Source of the DNA: Patescibacteria group bacterium
GTDB taxonomy: Bacteria > Patescibacteriota > JABMPQ01 > JAQVVF01
DNA length: 64,000 nucleotides
NCBI GenBank assembly: GCA_041662665.1
Contig: JBAZSC010000001.1
Coordinates: 449,511 to 513,510, forward strand
Direction of reading: 5' to 3'
Shown here: one piece after another, positions 57,862 through 64,000 of the stretch
How positions within the stretch are numbered: the stretch's first letter is position 1
Layout: each line of letters opens with the position of its first letter
Position numbers and translations under genes: made by a program
Notes under the pieces: model-generated
Databases searched by the model: none
Told to the model about the DNA's origin: nothing
What the model saw: only the letters and a program-made list of their open reading frames with translations

Positions 57862-58401
57862 ATGAAAACAGGTACATTGTCTAGTTATTCGTGGGCGATG
57901 ATTCTTAGAGGTGTCATTGCAATTTTATTCGGCGTTCTAGCATTATTTTGGCCAGATTTGACATTAGAATTGTTAGTCTTTTTATTTGCATTCTATGCTT
58001 TGTTTGATGGCATTATCGCAATTATCGCTTCAATCAGTTCAATCAAGCATCACAAAAATTGGTGGGCATTTATGTTAGAAGGTTTGCTTGGCATTGCCGC
58101 TGGAATTTTCGCTCTAATTTTACCGGAAGTTACATTATTTATTTTGCTTTATGTCATTGCTGCATGGGCAGTAATAACAGGATTAATGGAAATAATAGCT
58201 GTCTTTTCTGTTGGTTGGGACGAGCCAACAAAATTATTAATCGGTTTAGCAGGTTTAGCTTCAATTATTTTGGGAGTAATTATGTTCTTATATCCATCCG
58301 GAAGTTTATTAGTTTTGTCATGGCTATTAGGAATTTATGCTTTAATATTTGGAATATTATTAATGATGTTCGGTGTCCAAATAAAGAAAATTGATAAATA
58401 A
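57862..58401 (+). CDS. HdeD/DUF308-family membrane protein
   Basis: LRG..AILFG.LA..WP, YAL.DG, AAWA..TG..EI. Confidence 0.88.
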   Translation: MKTGTLSSYSWAMILRGVIAILFGVLALFWPDLTLELLVFLFAFYALFDGIIAIIASISSIKHHKNWWAFMLEGLLGIAAGIFALILPEVTLFILLYVIAAWAVITGLMEIIAVFSVGWDEPTKLLIGLAGLASIILGVIMFLYPSGSLLVLSWLLGIYALIFGILLMMFGVQIKKIDK

Positions 58402-58484
58402 TTTTAAAGTATTTGTATTATTCCGCATGTAATCCGTCGAATCCGCGTACGCGGATATAACGGATTAAATGCGGATAAAAATTT

Positions 58485-59162
58485 ATGCAGGAGCATATTA
58501 AACCTCACAAACTTAAAGATGTTTTGAAGGAAAGTGATCTGTGGATAAAAAATGTAAAAAATACTGAACGCATAATGGATTTTTGCAGTGCGATTTTTGC
58601 TTTTTCCGTTACCTTACTAATAATTCAAATTGCTGTTCCGATAGATTGGACTGAAAAATCACTTTATGATGAATTTCAAATTTTATGGCCAGAGGTCTTA
58701 GGTTATCTTATTTGTTTTTATGTTATTGTAAAATTTTGGATGAGCAATCTGCATATGTTTAGTTACATCAAGATTTTAAATAGAAATTTCTTGATTTTAA
58801 TCTGTGTTATGCTTCTAACAATTACTTTTTTGCCATTTCCATCAGATCTTTTTAGTACTCATTTTAATAAAATTACAACAACTATGATTTTCGGTTTGAG
58901 CATTGCTCTTGTTGCTTTTATGACTTTTCTAGTCTGGCTTTATTTATACTTTCACAAAGAATTGCATTTCGAAAATATCGATAAAAAAGTAATTTTATAC
59001 AATTCATTTTTAGCTTTCAACATTGCATTATCATTCGGATTAGCTGTTGCTTGTATGATGTTAACAAATAACATTAATCTGATGTGGATATTCTATTTAA
59101 TCTTTATCATTTTATTCAATTTCATCACTCGCAAAATCGCAAAAAATTACGCAATCAAATAA
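58485..59162 (+). CDS. TMEM175/DUF1211-family channel-like protein
   Basis: R..DFCSAIFAFSVTLL (variant of RxxxFSDxVFAIxxTLL), W...H.MF, FLPFP. Confidence 0.75.
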   Translation: MQEHIKPHKLKDVLKESDLWIKNVKNTERIMDFCSAIFAFSVTLLIIQIAVPIDWTEKSLYDEFQILWPEVLGYLICFYVIVKFWMSNLHMFSYIKILNRNFLILICVMLLTITFLPFPSDLFSTHFNKITTTMIFGLSIALVAFMTFLVWLYLYFHKELHFENIDKKVILYNSFLAFNIALSFGLAVACMMLTNNINLMWIFYLIFIILFNFITRKIAKNYAIK

Positions 59163-59178
59163 TAAATCATAAATCAAA

Positions 59179-60567
59179 ATGAAAAAAATTATTGTAAGCG
59201 CATTAGCACTTATCGGTTTGTGTTTTAGTCTTAGTCAAGTATTAGCTTATGACACATCATCTCCAGAATTAAAAATCTATAATGCTAATACATTACGATT
59301 AAACAAAGGTTTTTTTGCTTACGACAAAAACTTTAAGGGCGGTGCAAGTGTTGCTTTTGCAAAATTAGATGACAGCAATAATAATTTTATAATCACTGGT
59401 GCTGGTTATGGTGGCGGACCTCAAGTTAAAATTTTTGATAAATTTGGAAACGAAAAATATTCATTCATGGCTTTTTCATCAAACTTCAAAGGTGGAGTTA
59501 ATGTTTCTGCTGGAGATGTTAATAAAGATGGCTATGACGAAATAATTTGTTCTCAAGCAAGTTCTGGCCAAGCTTGGATAAAAGTTTATGACAAAACAGG
59601 TAAAAAAGTTATTTCAAATTTTTTAGCATTTTCATCAGGCTTTAAAGGCGGAGCAAATGTTGCCTCAGGCGATATTAATGGCGATAAAAAAGATGAAATA
59701 ATTGTTGGCGCAGGCTATGGAGGCGGTCCACAAGTTCGAGTTTTCAATAAAAAAGGCAATCCAATATTTTCTTCTTATCCTTTCGCATTTGATTACAAAG
59801 GCGGAGTAAATGTTGCGTCTGGAGACGTTGATAATGATTTAAAAGATGAAATTATTGCAAGCCAAGCATCAGAAGGTCAAGCTTGGGTAAAAGTTTTCAA
59901 AGCTAATAAAGATGTCACTGTTCTTGGAAATTTTTTAGCCTATGATAGCAAATTTAAAGGCGGTGCAACTGTTTCAGCAATTGATGTTAATAATGATAAA
60001 AAAGCAGAAGTCATAACAGGTGCTGGATTTGGTGGCGGTCCTCAAGTCAAAGTTTTTACAGCTTCAGGCAATTCTTTAGGCAAAGATTTTTTTGCCTTTG
60101 ACCAAAATTATAAAGGCGGAATTAATGTTGCTTCTGGCAAATTAACTAATACAGGAAAAAACAAAATTTTAGCATCAGTTGCAAGCTACAAAGGAGAAAG
60201 AGGAAATTATCCATATCAAAAATACATTGAAGTTGATATTAGCGAACAATGGTTGAAATATTTTCAAGATGGCAGAAAAATAGGTTATTCTCTAGCATCA
60301 ACAGGTAATTATGGCACAGACACTCCATTGGGCACATTTTTCATTTTTTCCAAAAGGCTTTCAGTTCGAATGTCAGGGCCTGGTTATGATCTTCCAGGAG
60401 TTCCTTATGTATTATCATTCTTAGGTCCATATACAATTCATGGCACTTATTGGCATAGCAATTTTGGACACAGAATGAGCCATGGCTGTGTTAATCTGCC
60501 AACACCTTTTGCAGCACAAGTTTATAATTGGGCAGATATTGGTACTCCAGTTGTGATACATTCGTAA
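59179..60567 (+). CDS. L,D-transpeptidase (YkuD) with N-terminal FG-GAP-like repeats
   Basis: Signal peptide; F.GG..VA.GD.N.D..DEII.GAG.GGGPQV repeats; IHGTYWH...SHGCVNL. Confidence 0.9.
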   Translation: MKKIIVSALALIGLCFSLSQVLAYDTSSPELKIYNANTLRLNKGFFAYDKNFKGGASVAFAKLDDSNNNFIITGAGYGGGPQVKIFDKFGNEKYSFMAFSSNFKGGVNVSAGDVNKDGYDEIICSQASSGQAWIKVYDKTGKKVISNFLAFSSGFKGGANVASGDINGDKKDEIIVGAGYGGGPQVRVFNKKGNPIFSSYPFAFDYKGGVNVASGDVDNDLKDEIIASQASEGQAWVKVFKANKDVTVLGNFLAYDSKFKGGATVSAIDVNNDKKAEVITGAGFGGGPQVKVFTASGNSLGKDFFAFDQNYKGGINVASGKLTNTGKNKILASVASYKGERGNYPYQKYIEVDISEQWLKYFQDGRKIGYSLASTGNYGTDTPLGTFFIFSKRLSVRMSGPGYDLPGVPYVLSFLGPYTIHGTYWHSNFGHRMSHGCVNLPTPFAAQVYNWADIGTPVVIHS

Positions 60568-60794
60568 AAATATAAAAAACTAAAAATAAACTTTTTTAAT
60601 AACATTTTTTATATTTTTAAGTTTTTAGTTTTTATCAGCAGTCATTCGTATGTGCCCTTTCGCTAAGGCTATTCGCATACTGTGTATAACTCAATTTACT
60701 TTTTACCCTATTTTTGCTAAGCTTTTATAAGAACGAAGAGAGACAAATTTATTAATAATTTAATTTTCCCACAACTGGGAAACAGGAGAAAACA

Positions 60795-60938
60795 ATGGAA
60801 GCATATTGTGTAAAATGTAAAGCTAAACAAGAAATGTCAGACGCAAAAGAAATCAAGATGAAAAATGGCAGACCAGCAACAACTGGTAAATGCCCAAAAT
60901 GCGGAACAAAGATGTTCAGAATCGGAAAGGCAAAATAA
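60795..60938 (+). CDS. 47-aa zinc-ribbon protein (DUF5679-like; not in the ORF track)
   Basis: MEAYCVKCKAKQEMSDAKEIKMKNGRPATTGKCPKCGTKMFRIGKAK*; AGGAG SD; downstream terminator hairpin. Confidence 0.85.
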   Translation: MEAYCVKCKAKQEMSDAKEIKMKNGRPATTGKCPKCGTKMFRIGKAK

Positions 60939-61259
60939 TTTTTTAGAAAACTAAAAATATCAAAAAGAGCGCAAAGCTCTTTTTTGATTTGTAAAATTTG
61001 TTTCTGCGTATTTCGCGATTAATAATTTTGCAATCCAAAATTATTAATTCTGCGTTATTCTGCGAAAATATGATTTCGGATTTAACGGAAAATGATTCAA
61101 AAAATATTAAAATATTGTAATCCATAATTTGAGCTGTTATAATCAAATTAAGTCAACCTGCATGCCTTAATTTACATTTGAAATTTATTTCTGGATTCAT
61201 CTATTTTTCTGGATCTAATTTTTCAAATAGTATGCATTCCGGTTGACAGGTGAAACATT

Positions 61260-62015
61260 ATGATTAAGAAATTAGCTTATAGCATTATATTTCTGGGTTT
61301 ATTGGAATCAATTATTTATTTTCAAAAATCAAATATTATTCTCATTATTGCTTGTGTTCTATTATTTCTACTTTCAATTGTCTCATCTGTTCGTCTTAAA
61401 GCATTACAAAAAATTGGTTTTTGGGGACAAGTAAATATTTCGATTTTGCCTTTATCTTATATTTTGAGTACTTCTGTCTTTCTGTTTTTCATTCCGGAAT
61501 TATTCAATCTCCAGCAGATTTATATTGCGCTCGTTGTTATTATATTTTATGGCGCTTTAAAACTTGTTGATAATGTTTGTAAAGATATTAACAGTCGTAA
61601 ATCATTTAAAACCTGTGATTTTCTGATTACAATTTCAGCTTTTCTATTTTATTCTAGTATTTTTGGAATGTATCTTTTTTTAAAATGGCCATCATGGATT
61701 TTTCTCATCCTCTTGGCTTTAGTCACTTTTATTTTAACTTACGAATTTTTTTGGCATAATATGCTCCTCAAAAAGCATATTGTTTATTCGTTGATTTTGA
61801 CCTTAATAATATCAGAAATTAGTTGGGCACTGACACTTTGGCCAACAGGCTTTTTGCCAAGATCAATGGTGATTTTTGCAGTTTTTTATGCTTTTACCAC
61901 TCTATCTAAACATAATTTTAATAAGACTTTAAACAAGAAAACTGTTATCAGCATAATCATAATTTCTATAATAATGCTATGTTTGGCTTTGCTAACGACA
62001 CAATGGGAATTCTAA
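61260..62015 (+). CDS. Polytopic membrane protein of unknown function
   Basis: About 9 TM segments, E..WAL..WP motif. Confidence 0.7.
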   Translation: MIKKLAYSIIFLGLLESIIYFQKSNIILIIACVLLFLLSIVSSVRLKALQKIGFWGQVNISILPLSYILSTSVFLFFIPELFNLQQIYIALVVIIFYGALKLVDNVCKDINSRKSFKTCDFLITISAFLFYSSIFGMYLFLKWPSWIFLILLALVTFILTYEFFWHNMLLKKHIVYSLILTLIISEISWALTLWPTGFLPRSMVIFAVFYAFTTLSKHNFNKTLNKKTVISIIIISIIMLCLALLTTQWEF

Positions 62016-62175
62016 CGTGAATTGCTCCATTGCTCCATTGTTAAATTGTTAACTGTTTTTGAAGATTAACAATTTAGCAATTTAACAATTAAACAATTTA
62101 GCTTAATTAAAGCAAAAGACGCTGTATTACCAAAAAGTCTTGACAAATAAACCGCGTTATGTTATATTTAGACGT

Positions 62176-62961
62176 ATGAAAAATTTACTTAATCTAAAAA
62201 AATATTGGTTAATTCTTATTGCCTTCACTCTAATCTTTAGTGTGATAGGTTTTGTTGCTTCTGTTGTCCAAACTCAAAAATATGAGTCAACAGTCCAACT
62301 TTTAGTTATTCAGAAATATGGTGATCAGTTTGATGCTTTTACAGCCAAAAGATCAGCAGAAACAGTTGCTGAAACATTATCAAGCGTTGTTTATACAAGC
62401 TCATTCATGAATCAAACTTTAAATGCGCCTCTTGGCATAACTGATAATTTTCCAAAAGATTTAAAGGAAAGAAAACAAGCTTGGAAAAAAGAAATCAATG
62501 CTAGATTATTAGAAGGCGGTAATTTCCAAATTATCGTTCGTGATAAAGATAGAGATCAAGCTGAAAAAATAGCTTATGGCGTTGCCTATATATTTGTTAC
62601 AAATGGTAGCGAATATCATGGTGGTGGTCAGCAAGTTGATATTAAAATGGTTGAAAAACCAATTACTTCAGTCAAACCTGTTAGCCCAAACATCTATTTA
62701 AATACAATCTTAGGCTTTGTTGCTGGTTTATTCACAGCAATTGGAATTATATTCTTGCTTCCTGAAAAAAAGGAAGTAAAGAAGACTAAAATAATTAAAA
62801 AAGCAGAGCCAAAATTTCCATTCAAAAAAGCTACTTCAACTGTTCCAGAGAATTTACCAATAGCTAAAACTTTCGAAAAATCAGAAGATAAAAAAGGTTA
62901 TACTGGCGAGGAATACTCTGAAAATAAGGTTGATGAATGGGTGAAATCAGGAAGAAAATAA
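62176..62961 (+). CDS. Wzz/YveK-type polysaccharide chain-length determinant
   Basis: N-terminal TM, Y.ST..LLV, PVSP....N...G TM; TTGACA-N17-TATATT ends 7 nt before the ATG. Confidence 0.8.
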   Translation: MKNLLNLKKYWLILIAFTLIFSVIGFVASVVQTQKYESTVQLLVIQKYGDQFDAFTAKRSAETVAETLSSVVYTSSFMNQTLNAPLGITDNFPKDLKERKQAWKKEINARLLEGGNFQIIVRDKDRDQAEKIAYGVAYIFVTNGSEYHGGGQQVDIKMVEKPITSVKPVSPNIYLNTILGFVAGLFTAIGIIFLLPEKKEVKKTKIIKKAEPKFPFKKATSTVPENLPIAKTFEKSEDKKGYTGEEYSENKVDEWVKSGRK

Positions 62962-63071
62962 TTTAATAATTTCAATATAAAAACGAGTTTCAAAAAGAGA
63001 CTCGTTTTTTGTTTGTAAAAAAATATTAGAAATTAGAAATTAGAAATTTTTACGAGTAAATTATCCAATAT

Positions 63072-64000
63072 CTAATTTCCAATTTCTAATATTTTAGCTA
63101 ATTTCTTCACCAACTCGTTCCAATCAAAATCCTTCTTTACGCGTTCATACCCATAATTTCCTAGATCATTAGCTAATTTCTCATCACGTAAAATTTTAAT
63201 TAAACTATCAGTAATTTCCTTAATATTCTCTGGATTTACTAATATGCCAGTTTGACCATCTAAAACAGCTTCAGCAACACCACCGGAATTTCCGGCAATT
63301 ACCGGCTTTTTACAGGCATTTGCTTCAAGATAAACAAGACCAAATCCTTCAATATCTTTTTTATTTTCCATCTCTTTTGAAGGCATAATAAAGACATCGC
63401 AAAGATTATAATAAAAATTCAAATCTTTATCAGTGATTTTAGTATAGATTTTGACCTTGTCATCTAGCCTTAAATTTCTGATTAATAATCTTAATTTTTC
63501 AAGAGTTGGTCCATTGCCAATAATGTAATATTTTGCATTTGGAACGCGTTTCAAAACATTTGGCATTGCTTTGATCACTAATTCATGATTTTTGCGTGGC
63601 ACCAATCTTCCGCAAGTTAAGATAATCTTTTGATTCTCTAGTTCAAATCTTTGTTTAATTTTAAGGGAATCTAAAGGATGAAAAAGCTCGGTATTTACGC
63701 CAGGTGGAATTTTAATAAACTTTTCAGATAACATGTTTTCAGTTTCTGAATTAGTTGTTTTATCATCGCTTTTCAAAAAGCCAAATTTAGAAGCAATATA
63801 ATCACGCATAAAATCAGTTGTCACAACAATATTCTGCGCATCGTCCAAAACCCTTTTCATCATCTTTTTGTGAAATCCAGACTTGCTATCAATCTCTTTG
63901 ATTTCTGTTCCATGAGTATAAACAATGTAGGGGATATGTAATATTTTTTTAGCCAAATAAGCAGTCATGCCCATTGGATGAATATGACCGCAGTGGATAA
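63072..64000 (-). CDS. Glycosyltransferase family 4 (partial; N-terminus probably beyond the window)
   Basis: GRLVPRKN, EGFGLVYLEA.A..KPVIAG.SGG. Confidence 0.9.
   Translation of the reverse strand, partial: IHCGHIHPMGMTAYLAKKILHIPYIVYTHGTEIKEIDSKSGFHKKMMKRVLDDAQNIVVTTDFMRDYIASKFGFLKSDDKTTNSETENMLSEKFIKIPPGVNTELFHPLDSLKIKQRFELENQKIILTCGRLVPRKNHELVIKAMPNVLKRVPNAKYYIIGNGPTLEKLRLLIRNLRLDDKVKIYTKITDKDLNFYYNLCDVFIMPSKEMENKKDIEGFGLVYLEANACKKPVIAGNSGGVAEAVLDGQTGILVNPENIKEITDSLIKILRDEKLANDLGNYGYERVKKDFDWNELVKKLAKILEIGN

Noticed and set aside
8450-60689. Replication origin from DnaA-box matches (8450, 53416, 58540, 60681)
   Set aside because: The boxes are isolated rather than clustered, and dnaA/dnaN are absent from the window
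428-61146. Numerous 60-150-aa ORFs overlapping longer genes (e.g. 10434-10820, 26262-26723, 31090-31503, 44247-44591)
   Set aside because: Antisense or off-frame shadows of better-supported genes, with no motifs or start signals
116-63050. CRISPR array
   Set aside because: The repeats are short degenerate tandem or inverted units without unique spacers, and there are no cas genes

Overview
AT-rich bacterial chromosome segment. Its gene content, AT-rich non-SD translation starts and lone VirD4-like ATPase suggest a Patescibacteria/CPR (Parcubacteria-like) genome; this is an inference. The backbone is housekeeping: frr end, rseP, proS, mreBCD-mrdA, folD, greA, lysS with an extra C-terminal HD domain, serS, alr, murI, a WecA/MraY-like transferase, rplU, recR, ybaB, intein-containing dnaB, cysS, dnaX, tRNA-Gln and typA. 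Three things are not explained by this backbone. (1) A tandem array of nine paralogues (11.3-18.7 kb) with a near-constant ~70-aa N-terminus and hypervariable leucine-rich-repeat C-termini, with two internal remnants of the downstream ribL-like gene. (2) About 11 short, often Cys-rich orphan genes that mostly form self-contained cassettes (sigma70 promoter, often a 5' hairpin, strong GGAG(G)-type Shine-Dalgarno, often a terminator), whereas the core genes I inspected have no SD. (3) A dense population of intergenic 7-10-bp periodic inverted repeats, one enclosing a four-helix-bundle gene and several carrying inserted mini-hairpins. All calls are by eye; no database searches were run.
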